Assembly: GCA_013115145.1 (NCBI GenBank)
Contig: JAAPAO010000022.1
Coordinates: forward strand, 67,444-131,443
Origin: Perkinsus chesapeaki ATCC PRA-425
Taxonomy: Eukaryota > Protista > Perkinsozoa
Reading direction: 5' to 3'
Length of the DNA: 64,000 nucleotides
Shown here one piece after another: positions 47,303-60,620 of the stretch (its first letter is position 1; each line of letters starts with the position of its first letter). The notes under the pieces are model-generated. The model was not told the DNA's origin and did not search any database. It saw nothing but the letters and a program-made list of their open reading frames with translations. A program made the translations under genes and the position numbers.

Positions 47303-47441
47303 TTCTATAATAAAGGGGAGAGTGAATAGTGGAATGCCTTCTATAATACAGGGGAGAGTGAATAGTGGAATGCCTTCTATAATACAGGGGAGAGTGAATA
47401 GTGGAATGCCTTCTATAGTAAAGGGGAAAGTGAATAGTGGA
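47303..47441. repeat. 36-bp tandem repeat, about 3.8 copies (ttctataataaaggggagagtgaatagtggaatgcc)
   Basis: Contiguous copies with no spacers. Confidence 0.95.
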
Positions 47442-48607
47442 TTTGGTTCTATTTAACGGCTAAAGTCAGGTGCTAATAGTGGATATGATCCTAGTGCTGG
47501 CTCGAGAAGCGTATCTTTCTCAAGTGAGGATCAGGAGAATCAACCTCCGGTATAAGTCTTGGTTAATAGTATTATTACATGCTTTTTAGAATGACCAGAA
47601 TGGCCTAACACCACCAATGCGATCGAGCAATAAACGTAGGAGGCCATCTGTGGTAGGAAAGGGGGTTATGGGCACTTCATCGAAACTTAGTCAACCTCCT
47701 AAATAAGCTGGATCACTGTTAAGCCATCAATCCATAGTCTAAGTCTCCTCGTATTCTACTCCTTCAGAGCCTTAGACACATTACCTATTGTAACAACGCT
47801 CATTAAGAAGATAATAAATATAGTTGCTTAATATAGTGTTTTAGGCCAAATGCGAGACCTTTATCGGTGGCCCACCCTCCAGTAAAACATCCAAACGCAT
47901 GCCAGAGGCCTCGGATGGAAATGCTCACTCGAGCGGTTTGATAGTAAGATACTTATTCATACCAGTAACATGCAGCTTAAGTTGCTCAGCTATTTGAGAA
48001 TCCTGAGGATGGTAGTAGGCGGCTGGGCAACAGTCGAGGGGCCAGCAGTAGCAGTCATCGTAATGTCGATAAACGACCGGGAACGGAGGCTGAAAGGGAA
48101 GATAAGGAAACTATGATGATGGACTGGAAATCTAAATTTACTGTAGGAATGGACGGGGATTTTCTGAGGGCTTTTTCCCAAAAAAATATTTCCGAAAATT
48201 TTGCCGGGGTCGGAAAATTGAGAAGAACTATTTGCTAACGGCGAGTAAGGTATGCATCAGAAACAGTAATACGTCGAAGAAAAGAGCTGCTTTTGGTTCT
48301 CGATCGCAAACTATTACTGGAGATAGTTGGGAAATTGGAACGTTGGTTCTATTCGTTATGTACTTCGGTATTCAATGTATCAATTCCCTTTGTATTATTA
48401 TTATATTGATTATTATTTATCAAGCTGTAAGTCATACGTGAACGTCTTTTCAAAATTATATGATCCACCTATAATTTTCGATCGTTTTTTAATATAGCGG
48501 CTTGATATATTTTGTGTATAATTCTTCCATGAATCTTCCATACTCCTTTTGGTTGCACTTTCGGGTGAAGAACTCTCCACCATCGGAATTCGCTGTCTCA
48601 TCGGGGT

Positions 48608-49640
48608 TTGTTCATTCAACCTCATAAAGTATCTTTCCAGCCGGGTGAGATAGTGATAATACCACGCAGCGAGAATCGGTTGCATTATGGCACTGTTGTG
48701 GCAATTGATGAGAAACTGGTCAGTGTGGACTTGGGCAACAATATGGTAAAGAGGATGCCAACGCTACTTGTTGGAAAGTTGAGTAATAAGAGGAGAGAGC
48801 GGTATGAAGTTACGGTAATGTTATTTCAGGTGATTCCTCCAATGGGCATAACAATGATATAATGTCGAAGGCTAAGACGGTTATGCATACTGTGGAGGCC
48901 ATTAGCCATTACCTTTTAACCTCAGCTAAGTTGAAGAAACCTATTGATGATAATGTTAGGTGATACTGGTAGTTGTGTTGGGATGTGGAAAATGTGTAGA
49001 GTATATAACAAGTATTTCCCCCAACCTCACTTGTGCATCTGATACCATCGTTGACTCCACTTATATCCCCTCTCACCAATATCTGCCTATAAGGATTCTA
49101 ATTGATGCATATAGAACGGTGAAGCATTGTGTAGTGTACCGCAGGTGCTCTGAGTGATACACTCAGTATGCTTACTGACCACTAGCTCAGGGTATCTAAG
49201 ACTGGTTCATATGATATAAAGCATTGTTTATCGTACTTCTACTACCCTATATTTATCAACCCGTATTATGTCTATACCGTAGAAGCAGGGAATGAAATGA
49301 TCGTTGAACAAGTATCATCGCGGAATGGCTTTTTCGCCGATGAGTCGTTGTTGTTGTTTCGACTACAATTGCTGCTCCCCTCAGGAACCACTGTGTGTTC
49401 GTTCTTACCTATCAAGCCCGTCGCCTATTCGCCTTGCTTACCAAACAAGAGCATCAATACAGTACTAGAGTAAGTGTAGAAGTGTTACGGTCAACACTTT
49501 ACACTGCACCTCAGGTAGCACATGAAAACCATTCAATCGACGCTCTTGTGAGAGTCCGACAAGATCTTAGTAGCATCACCGGTACGATCGATAGGTTCCT
49601 GTCCCGGGAGCAGCATAGTAGCCAGGGCAGCGCCCAATAA
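48608..49640 (+). CDS. Hypothetical multi-exon gene; first exon has an SH3/KOW-like beta-barrel pattern
   Basis: FQPGEIVIIPRSENRLHYGTVVAIDEKLVSVDLG, followed by plausible GT-AG-bounded exons. The model is incomplete. Confidence 0.35.
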
Positions 49641-49746
49641 GAAGGTGCATCTCAGTCGAACTGTATCAAGTGATTTTCAAATTAGTGTGATAACCTTCGT
49701 GTCGAGTTCTAGTCTGCTGGAAGCCAATCAAGATTCCTAGTATGTT

Positions 49747-50598
49747 ATGTCATCGCGGACCTCACCAGTGTTGATACATCTGTGAGGGTCGTGCCAGCTA
49801 GCAAGGGGAGAGAGTCCCTATCAGTTATGATCTGACATCCCCCACAGTAAATACTGTCTTGTCCGAAGTAGTGGGAATTGGTGGAGCGTTCCATGCGGCA
49901 GTTGAGGTTGGCCAGCAGGCAGTGGGATGCTTATCTTCTCGGATTCGCCAGGTCTACGGTGTTGAATGGAGCTTTGGGTACTGCCAGTACGGATGCGGTA
50001 TTTTTGCAGTCCTACCGAAAGCTAGTAAGACATAGCTATATGTGTGTTACGAGTACAATGGTGATAAGAGTTTCATGGCTGATGTGCTTAAAGTAGAGTG
50101 ATCTATTCAACATGCGCTCATTTGCGAACAAAAACTTCGCAATAAATGATCCGAAGTTCCGAAAGTTAACAAAGTAGTAGCTCCTTCGGTGAATTACTAC
50201 TAGTAATACTAATGAAGTACTACCTTAAAAACTGGTAGTGCTGTATTAGGTTCTATAGGGTACTATAGAGAGAGCCTGGCAGTCGGGGAATGCCAGCTTG
50301 AGGTGGTTCAAGTTGTGGGGGTTCTCGAAGATCTCAGAAAGGACTGGTCAGGAAAATGCTATGATTTACTTAATAAGAACTGCACTCATTTCTGTGATGT
50401 ATTTTTACATCTGTTGTTTCCTGAGCGAGGTGAGGATGGACTGATAGTGTAGTTGTGATAACAGCTATTCTATCGAGGTGGGCCATTGCTGCCCCGGAAA
50501 GTCATAAGGCTGGCAGAGTTAGCTGACACTTGGATTAGAGGTAAGTAACAACCTTGCTGATATGCTGCCTAGGGATGGCACGCTCCTTTGAGAACTAA
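49747..50598 (+). CDS. PPPDE/DeSI family deSUMOylating/deubiquitinating peptidase
   Basis: Spliced model MSSRTSPVLIHL|YDLT...GGAFHAAVE|VYGVEWSFG...YRESL...WSGKCYDLLNKNCTHFC contains the catalytic His and the NCxHF Cys motif. Confidence 0.9.
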
Positions 50599-50952
50599 AC
50601 CCCCTCACAAAATAATATGGCCTCTACACTTTTGAGCATAAAATACTAACGAGAAAGAGTTAGGACTTGATATTTTGTGAGAACAACTTTTTTACGATGC
50701 TGATATAAACTGTCATGAGACTTTATATTGGTTGAAGGGGGTCGTTGCAGCATCATTCGAGTTGCTTTTCGCATGGCCCAGTGGTTGGTCACGACTACAT
50801 CGTTAAAAATAAGATTTTCTAATTCCCAAGGAGATGATTCTTAGTCGATGCCCCTCTCAATTAGATCCCTTGATGGATAGAATCTTGATGATGAATCCAA
50901 ACGTGCAGTAGCAGATTGTGATACTCTACGAATTCCAAAAAGACCTTGGAGT

Positions 50953-50995
50953 CTCCGCAGATCATATCTCCAAGTTGGAGATATGATCTGCGGAG
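50953..50995. repeat. Perfect 43-bp palindrome (21-bp arms, single G spacer)
   Basis: ctccgcagatcatatctccaa-g-ttggagatatgatctgcggag, checked base by base. Confidence 0.97.
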
Positions 50996-52670
50996 TTGTT
51001 CGTGGGGCGCTCTCCTGCTGCCTCCCCCTTCATATCAGGTCTCATCGCTACAGATGGTCCCCCACCAGAACGAGTAACCATATCAACTGTCGCCGAGGAG
51101 AGTATAATGCTTAGGGACTGGCAGGATATGTGGGATTCAGCGGTACAGAGGATGTACAGCGAGGTGGTCGAATGGATAATATGACTTGTGCTTGCCAGGC
51201 GAGGGGTTGCATGGAGCTGCTGGGGGTATAGTGTGGCTGTTGGTGATGGTGGTGTGATACACTCTATGGTGGATTATGAGCACGGAGGAGCTTACACATT
51301 TGATAGGGAGTGTCGGTCTACTTATCAACTGTAGGATGTTTGGGGGTAACAGTGTCACTGTGGTCGTACAGCTGAATTTAATATTATGGTATTATGCTAT
51401 TACGAAATTCTACTTTGTATGTTTCTAAACCTACCTAGTAGTTAGTTACCGACTATTTATGGTAGCTTACTAATACCTCTACCGTCACGGTTAGCTGCGT
51501 TTTCGATACTTGAGGCTCTTACGGCAAGAATGAGTTGCTCGAATAGCCAAGGTGATGAGCTCTGGAAGCAGCTTCCCTCATTTTTGCACTTGATGATATT
51601 TCATAAGGTCGCCCTCCCCCTTTCTGGAACTGTGTGGTAGTTAGCACTGTGGCATGTTTATACCACTCCAACTTCTTCCTAGCTCCTCCTCCGATGAGCA
51701 CGGTACTCAATGAGGTGATGGTTAGTAGGCATGTTAGCCTTCAGGCACGACAGCGTGGTTCGCCTTGCCATCGCTCAGTTTGCTTATGTCTATCGCATGA
51801 CACAGCCTAAGGACCCTCCACATTGAGCACAGCATGCCCTCTAACTTGCTGTCTACATCAGCTCTGCGTTGCGCTATTAGTTATTTGTTATTCGTTGGCA
51901 GTTGGTTGAATGTTGTTATTTTGATATGGTGTTCGGCGGAAGCTTTATGAAGCCACCGGTGCGGTATCCAGACGTCCAGGAGGATGCTCGCTCGCCGAAG
52001 GACGCTGGGCTGATATCGGTAGGTCATTGAGTGGTTTGTGGTATGATATGGCCCTACCTTCAGAGAGGGGACTTGAGACAGATTCGAGGGACATGGCGCA
52101 GCTTAGGACAAACCTGCCTTTTCGTAAGCCATTGGTTCGCAGTCATCCCGGAGGCGTGCCAATCTTCGCGCCTCTCTGATCATTAGCATTGGTGTGATGA
52201 GCTCCGAGTTGTCCTTTAGTACTCGGCTGACCGTCCAAGCAACAACGGACTTTATTCGTACCATCTTATACTCAACAGAAGCATTCGGTAAGGCATCATC
52301 ATCGCAGCTGTTCGAAAGGAGTGCGGTCGTCTGTCAGTCGCTGTAATGAGATCCTGGATGTCTTCGTGCCGGAGAAGCCTATTGAGGAATGCCACATTGA
52401 GATCATTCAAGTAGGTCACTAGTCGATGATGATAATGATGCACTTGCAGCATTTCAGGCATTTAAAAGGTGCGAGAATGAAGCCAATCGATCCTATCCCG
52501 AGCGAGACATTCGCGTTAAGAATGTAACCCTTCGCTTCTTGCCACTTCCACACATTATCGGCAGTTGACTCAATTCCGTCCAGCCTTCACCTCCCGTGAG
52601 ATGGAGAAGAGTATCCAAGCCAAGATAGAACAAGACCGTCTTGACGCCCTTGAAGAGGACAAGTATTTGC
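50996..52670 (+). CDS. Possible hypothetical multi-exon gene (unresolved)
   Basis: Exon-like pieces MLRDWQDMWDSAVQRMYSE|, LWKQLPSFLHLMIFHK|, RCNEILDVFVPEKPIEECHIEIIQ| and REMEKSIQAKIEQDRLDALEED|. No family recognised. Confidence 0.3.
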
Positions 52671-52882
52671 CGATTACCACGTAGCTGTTTACATGTACTT
52701 TTCTCGTCGTTATAACAAGCATTTCTGAGAGCATATCTTTGCTTTGTTTAGCTTCATTACTGCCCTCGTTGTGTTGCCGATATCTCGCTGATGAAAACTG
52801 TAAAACATGAAACGCTTCGCTCCGCTGTAGTGATCTCTCGCTCGCCCGCGTATTTGGCGTCTCCTCCTTGCCCGATTCTTGG

Positions 52883-55800
52883 ATGTCTTCTCCCCCTTTC
52901 CCTTCGAGTTCATCATCACCTCCGTCGACCCCATCAACCCCATCACCGGCCGCTCCACGAGCCATCTCTCGTGGAAGTGTCGCCCAGGACGTCGAAGCTG
53001 AGCTCCGTATTATATGTGTTGAATCAAGAAAGAAGTATAGCCAGATTAAGGAACATTCAGAGCGAGTGATCGCGAAACTGATAGCCAGCAATGGCAATGT
53101 CCCAGTGGAGGAGGTCCTCGCTGTTGTTATAGTGGCCTCAGAGACTCACAATCCTAAGCTAGTGCTGCCTTGCCTTGGGTGCGTTCAAAGGCTTATAATG
53201 GGCCAACTTGTGAACACCAGCAAATTGCTGGGAACGGTTGTGACGTATCTGCACGATAGAGCCAACGATAGCGATCCAACGGTACAAGTTAAAGCTCTGC
53301 AAACCATATTGCTTCTATTAACTCCATCCTTTGCACCATTATTAACCGGCTCTGAGATATTCATGGAGCAGCTCTTATCAGCCTGTGTTATCCTATTGGG
53401 TAGCGATTCCGGCTTAGTTCGACACACTGCCGTAGCCTGTCTTCGCCAAGTCGCTGATTTTTTGATTGATGAAGCCGGCAAGGCTTACCGTAACCTAACT
53501 GCGGACGCCCTTGAGAACTTGGGGACGGGTCGCGATGACAGTGGCAGTAGTCGCAAAGGTCCAAGTGGGTCGTTAATGGTTGAGGCAATGCCTGTGCCAG
53601 ACAGACTTCCGAGTGGTAATACTGCCTTGCGAGAACATACAGAAGTATCTAGTAGAGTGTTGTTGTTGTGGTATATCTCAGGTCCACTTCGATTACTATT
53701 CCTTTTTGTCCACGACCTGTGCCTTATTTCGATGGGTCGAGCATCACGTGGTGAATGGCTTGGTGAACTGGCCATATCAAGAGCATTAGCACTAGAGCTT
53801 ATAGAGAGTACGTAGAGGGGGTTAAAAGAATAACAAAAACAGCAAGAAGACGACGCATGATGATTAATATACTATAATACTTGATTATTTTATAACGATA
53901 TACTGATGGAGCACGTATAGCGGGCCAGTATCTGCCGCCGATTGGGAACAAAGCTCATTACACTATTCAACTACTCGACAACGTTCCATTTATTACACTA
54001 TTAAGACGCTTGGAGAGCTTGATGTTTTAAAAAGGTGCGTTGGCCGCTCAAGCTGATGTGTTCGCGTCCCTTCCCGATTTCACGGAACTAGTCCGTCAAG
54101 TAGTCGTGCCCACAGTGGAAAGCACTATTGCTGTTTGCCAATATGATTTCAAAGTAATAACAATTGAAAGAAGAACTACCGCGCGCCACGAAAAGGTTGC
54201 TTTGAACAGGTTCTAATTCGTGCACTAAGAATCGTCTACCGCCTTTGTTCATATCCTCCTCTGTGTGCCAAACTGCGCCGCGAAATCTGCGGCGAATCCT
54301 CAGCTCCTGGCGAGCAGCAGCAGCCGCATTCGGGCCCTCATGGTCCAGTCCGTGGCCTGGTGCCTCTCATGTTGCGCCAGCTCTTACTGCGGCATGACCG
54401 TCCACTGTGGGCTAGGTCGGCCGTGTTGGAAACATTCAGGAAGATCCTGCAGTCTGGCAACGATGCTGCAGATGGTTTCCTGAACACCCTCTTCCTTGGC
54501 TCCTCCAGTAGCGTCTTTACCACTTCCCCGTTGAACGATGATATCCTCGAAAGCGATGACAATAGCAGCCCATCGGCATCATCGACGACGAGGGCAACAC
54601 AAGTGGTAACTGACCCGAAGTCGAATAGGTTCGTGGAGCTTGTCAACAGTCTAAGCCATGTACTTCATCATCTCTGGTTTGCATCGGTACCGACTCAGTC
54701 CGCTGAAGACATATCTGAAACGGTTGTCTACGATGAGCTGGATACCAACAATGCCACTTCAGGCAGCGATCTCCTCACTTTAGGAGTCTCGAGAATCTTT
54801 GCCGGCGAAGGTCGAGTGTCCTTACTAGACTGTCTAGCCGATTCAGATGCGCCCAGTTTCGTGAACCCCTCGTTTGGTGCTGCCATGGCAGCCGACACTA
54901 TACTGTTGTTAGTGGATCACATCAACACCTGTGCGATGCTCGCTTGCTCCTGGGCGCCATTGCTGTCCTCCCTGAGCCTTCTCTTGAGCGTCCGCCTTCC
55001 CAAGGCTAATGTACAGTCCAACGGCAGCGACATGCTTACTGATGATGAGGAAGCATTCGATGTGTTCCTTCAAGGCGTTCTCACTGCACTGGAGCGCCTG
55101 CTCCTAGGCTGCGCCAAATTCCCTCAGCTCAGTAGTGGCCGAGATAGCTGTCTTGAGGCACTGGCGAAGGAATCCTTGCCGCGTCGAGGCGCGCAGGAAC
55201 TTGATTCCCACACAGCAGCCTGCGCGAAAGGGTTTCTGAATATCTGCCATCGCAGCGGTGAGAAACTGTCCGTGCCTGGATGGTCCCTGGCGCTGCGGAC
55301 GTTCGAGACCCTCTATCTTCGATTCATCAGCCCAGAGCAGCAGGCCGTGTCAGCCAACTCCGACAGCGCCTTGGAATGCCAGATGCTCGCTGTTTCCATG
55401 GACTCCTTGTTTTCTACTACCCCCGAGTCCGATGGCTCCTTCATCGACATGGTCAATGCTTTGGTCCATCGAGACACTTGTTGGTCCATTCAAAGACTGG
55501 CCATGGCCCTGTCATCGGCTGATTCAAGAAGACTTGGTCTGGTTCTTGATAGCATCGTCACACCTAATCTTAAGGGCAGTACCCACCCCGAGGAAGCTGC
55601 CATCTGTATGGGCAAAGTGCTCACTGCTCATATATGCCGACCTGGCTGCTCGACCTCGAGCCTGATAGAGCCCCTGAAGGCCTTTGCTACATCTGCACCT
55701 GAGACCGTGGTGTCCATCCTTAAGGATGTCATGGTCCACTCGCCGGTCTCCTCTAAGCTGGATGAAGCTGGCTGGGTCTCTCTCAGCGAGCTGGTCCGTG

Positions 55801-58394
55801 ACCTCTGCGATGTTCCCACTGTCGTCGTTGCCAACCAAGCCAACGCTTCCGCAGGAAAACGGTCGAGCCGTCTGATGTCCAATCAACTTCACCTATCTGT
55901 ATATTCCCTCCTGGAGGTCCTCGTTGTTGAGTGCATCGATGTCCTTCCTAATGCCAGCGTGTCTTTGATAGTAGACGGTCTCCAACGCCTATGCACCAAC
56001 AGCGTTGTTAACACCTCCTTGAAGGCTCTAGGTCTACTGTGGAACGTGTCTGATGCCCTAATGAGCCGGATGTCCGGTAGGGTCAGCACTGCAGCCGACC
56101 AAAGCCGGCGACACTACAGCACGGGCAGCAGTGATGGTGGCACGCCCACTGTTGAGCCCATTGTGTGTAACCCTGAGGAAAGCGCCCATTTATGGTTCGA
56201 CCTGCTCACCAAGTTCAAGAGCGCCTCCTTGGACCCCCGGCCGCCGGTCAGGCACTGTGCCATCAGGACCATGGTATCGATGCTTAATGCGGCCTGCGGA
56301 TGCCCACAGGTGGATTCGGCCGCAGCTGTTGGTGTGATGTGTGATACATTGTCAGAAGTAGTCGAGGCCAGTATGGCAGCCTCCTCTGTGGACACACCCC
56401 CACTTGAGGACTCCCCTCGCTACACCCGAGGTTCATCGTCGGAAGGCCTCATTGTCCATCATTCGAGAGACTCCCTCCAAAAGCAATGGAACGAGACATG
56501 CGTCCTGGCCCTGGAAGGGTCTGTCTCGATTGCCACCAGATATCACCCATATATGACCGAGGACCAGTTTGACCGCCCAACTCAGGCCATTCTGGACTTC
56601 ATTCGCCCTCGGTTGGTAGGCCGTGACGGTGAGGTCCATGGCGCATGCGCCAATGCTCTGGTGGAGCTCCTCCGTCTTGGTGCTGTCGAGAAGGATGAGA
56701 AGCTTTGGTCCGAAGGCTGGCAGCTGGTTGCCTATGTTGCCGATTCTCTGGTAGAGGAGCCCATCTTGACTGAAGAAGCCAGCGTACTGCTGCCAATAAG
56801 CCTTGCCGAGCTGGTCAAGGATCCGCAGTGCTTGGAGGCGTTCCGCGCCGATGATGTCATTGTTCTAGCCTTGTTGGTGATGGCCACTGTAACGAGGCCA
56901 TCGATCTTCCTGCAGTCCGCCCTGCCTTTCAAGGACATATGGGTACCCACTACCCTCACCAACAGGCCTAGCAAACCGGTTAGGGCCGGAAGTAGCGTCA
57001 GCCAAGGCCTATGCGAGGTAACCTCTCGTGGACGGTGTGCAGAGCTCCTCTGGGGCAAGTCCAGCGATTCGTCCTCATCGATGACAACGCGCTACCGCCG
57101 CTTGCCTGAGGTGGTAAAGAGCCCTCTGGTGGAGGCACGTGAGAGAGGTGACGGTCATGATGAATGTCACCAGCCAGCCGTAGCCGATGATATTGTATTC
57201 TCGAGAACGGTCCAGCGATTGCCCCACAAGTTCATGGAGCTTTGGTCTGTGATAGATCTCTTGGCAACGAGTCCGGTCCCTGAAGATTCTCTCGAGGTGT
57301 TGGTGCGGCTGTTGTGCAACGGGCTACTCGACGTCAACTACTGCCTTCGGGACTCCCTCACAGCCGCCCTAGCCGTTCGAGCTGGCACCACTTGCGAGCT
57401 CATCGCGCAGAAGCTGCCTGCCTCGGCCGAGGTGAAGCCATCAATCTTGGAGATGATGGCATCGACAGCGATGGACTTCATGAGGACCTATTACGCTGGT
57501 GGGACTGGCGGTGGTCAATCTTGGAAGGCCAGCGGGTTCTGGCAGCTCAGCTGCGAGATAATCTCAACTGGATTGGACCAGCTGCGTTCCATGGTCATTG
57601 CCGAGCCCACTGAAGGTTTCTGGTCTGACTGCGTCTCCGAGCTGTGCAAGAGCTTACCGGCCGTTTTGAAGATCCATTTCCGCTACTACCAACCTCCTCA
57701 GCAACGACCAGTGTCAAGCCCGGCCGCCGGGACCGCCAACGACGCTGTCGACTGGGCAACCACGTCAGCAGTGGCCATCTTAATAGCTCTTTGCCGCTCC
57801 AACTTTGCCGATCCCACAAAGGTCGTTGAATTAACCAGTACGTTGTGTGACACACGAGGCAGCGGCGACCTCGGCAGATGCGCTCTTCGAGTCCTCTTTG
57901 CTGTGGCCAGCCCACGTGGCATCCTTTGGTCAACCGAAGATATGAAAAGCAGCTCGATGATGGTGGCAGAGCGATGGGTGGGCCATCGGTACTCTGGAGC
58001 AGTCCATCAGCCATCAAGTCCTGTTCCGAGTTCTGTGGGGCGTGACTCTGGTATGGACATCAGCCCCCAGCTTCGCAAACTTGGGACCTCCGAGCTGTGT
58101 AGGAGGGTCTGTTGCACTTTATCTCAATATGCTGAAGATGACAAGACAACATCATCGACCGAGAAGCCTATGCCGCGTCATCGGACCGAACAAGTTCTCT
58201 TCGTCCTTGGCCGATTGTGCGAGTCCACCGATCAACAGCTGCTCCTAGCGACCTTGCCGGCGCTGTCTAGGATTGTGGCGAGTGCTCGTGATGATGATGT
58301 TCGGCGAGCAGCGTCAGATGTTTTACTGTGTCTGGCCGACACCCTTGGCAGCAGAGCTGCTTACAAAGATCTTGTCGGTACAGAGTTTGTGTAA
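52883..58394 (+). CDS. MON2: MON2 homologue (Arf-GEF-like endosome/Golgi trafficking scaffold)
   Basis: N-terminal DCB pattern (ELRIICVESRKK..IKE; KLVLPCLGCVQRL; VQVKALQTILLLL), plus LKALGLLWNVSD, DPRPPVRHCAIRT and HHSRDSLQKQWNET, all typical of MON2. The terminal exon is about 4 kb. Confidence 0.9.
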
Positions 58395-58483
58395 CAATTG
58401 TAGTTTCCTGATTTCTCAGTGTGTCGTTACATTTCGATTTTTCCAGCCTCCCAGCGCTTCCAGTGACATTAGATCGTTTGAAA

Positions 58484-60620
58484 ATGTCCCACACAAGCGA
58501 CTCAAAAGACGCCGGGGTTGCCTGGTCCACCACGCCAATCACTGACAACTATATGCGCGGCTCCGATTGGAGAGGCAAATGGCGTCAAGCAGCAGCAGCA
58601 GTCCAACATCAGTCGGCGGAGCAGAAAAGACCTCAGCAGCAACAACAAGCACACTTTGTTAAACCAACTACAAACAGCGACCGTCCGGCGACTGGTGGCC
58701 CTGTGATCATGGACTGGCGCAAGGTGTCCCCTGCTGGTGTCTCCCCAACCAAGAGGTCAAGGCCATGGTCTGGTGAGCCTCACTGGCATCATGGAAAAGG
58801 TCACCACGGTGGCAAAGGTCATCACCATGAGGCTCACGGTTGGCCACAACAACAGGCTGGCGAGTGGCAGGGTGAACAGCAATGGGGAGAGAACGGCTGG
58901 TGGAACTGGGAGGGTGCTCCTAATGCTGAAGATGATCAGAAGTGGTTACCAGGTTACGATCAGCAGGGTGATGGCTGCTGGAATCAAGATACTCAGTACA
59001 ACCATGGTGGTGGTGACACGAATGCCTGGAGTGGTGACGGCCCTTGGCAAGGACGGGCCTGGACTGACCAGCAACAGGGGTCCACCGACCCTCAGGAGAC
59101 CCCTGCCCCCGAGCCTACCTCCGAGGAGCCCGCAACTAAGAAGCCCCGCAGTGCCTCCAAAAGCCCCGATGCTCCACAGCCTGGTGGAAGTACCAGCTTC
59201 GTGAATGCGCTTAGGAAGCTGTTCAAGGCCAAGAATGCAGCCCCTGCCAAGCCACCGCCCTCCAACACTGCCACTACCAACAATCCGTCCCTTTGGGAGG
59301 CTGGAAAAGGCCCAGACAACAACAAACCGCAAGGCGGCGGAGCTCTCGCATCCCTACTCGCTAAGCAAGCCTCGGGTACCTCTGCATCATCCACGGCAAA
59401 GGCCCCATCGCCCGGACCGTCACCTGGTAAGCGCCTCGCAGTCTTTTACTTGTCTATTTCATTTGTAGGTTCCCCAAGTGGTGGTCCCAGTGATACTGAA
59501 CTACGCAAGAACGTTCTTACAAGATTGCTGTCGAGTGACAATGCGGGAGAGCTTCTTGAAGATCCAAAAGGTGAACTAACGATTGCCACTCAACTTCGGA
59601 TATCTTGTGTCTTGTTTTCAGTTGTGGAGATGCTCCTTCAAGTTGCATCCCAGCTGGACGAGACTGGCCTCGCCGATCTTCAGAAGTCTGTGGTTAAGAT
59701 AATTACCAAACTGCAGTCATCCTCGTCTGCTGCTGCTAATGGTGGTGCTGGTGATTTGCCGCCGGATCAATTGGCTAAACGGAATGCTTGTGTTGAGCGT
59801 CTCAAGGCAATTCTTGAAGGGTTGCGAGGACTATTTCTTAAACGCCAAGAAGAACGCATCAATCAGGGTAAAGCAAGCGCCGCCGCTGCCGCTGCCGCAC
59901 AGCAAAGCAAGGCTGCTACTACCACTACATCAACATCAAACACGAGTCACAGCGCTCTTGCTAGCTTACTCTCGGGGGTGTCGGCTCAGAATCAACCGAT
60001 ATACGATCATAAGGTTTGGACTGGTTACGTTCAACGATCCGGAGTGAACAAGGCAAAGGTTAATCTCTATGCTACATTACCAGTACACTCGCTGACTACG
60101 GACATGGTGGCGCAACTTGGGAACGAGCTCAACTTGAAACTCCGTGTCCCCGATAATGAGGTACGTCTCTTCTCTTAATCGAACTCTTAATGTATTATTT
60201 AACCTTATGCGTCTCCTGTTTCCGCACAAAGTGTTATGAATGGTAATAGAGCGATCCTTACGTAGGTGTTACATCAGCGGCAAATCCATTCAGAAAGCTC
60301 ATCACTATTACTTATGAAGGCCGATTCCGCAGCGGGTAATACAACTACTAATCGCAACAACTGCAACTCGATGATGAATATTTAAGAAAACGATATCAAT
60401 TTATTTCCTTGATCAGATCAAGCGGAGCTTAACGCGCAGATTGCATACTTCAATGGACGTAGCCGATCAGGTGTGGCAAAGCTCGAACGAGACGGGGTGC
60501 ATTATGCGGCATTTATGATACCACCGGGGCCTCTTGCCGAGAAGTAGGCATCAATTCCACCTCTCTTCTAGGTATTATAATAATCAGGTTAATTGGTTCC
60601 GATAATTACAAAAGATGTAA
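58484..60620 (+). CDS. Low-complexity (W/G/Q/P-rich) protein with a C-terminal SPOC domain; 3' end approximate
   Basis: VWTGYVQRSG...LNLKLRVP.. and the later exon YFNGRSRSGVAKL...AFMIPPG fit the SPOC fold. Confidence 0.65.

Noticed and set aside
47303-47441. 36-bp repeats as a CRISPR array
   Set aside because: The copies are contiguous with no spacers, there are no cas genes and the context is eukaryotic.
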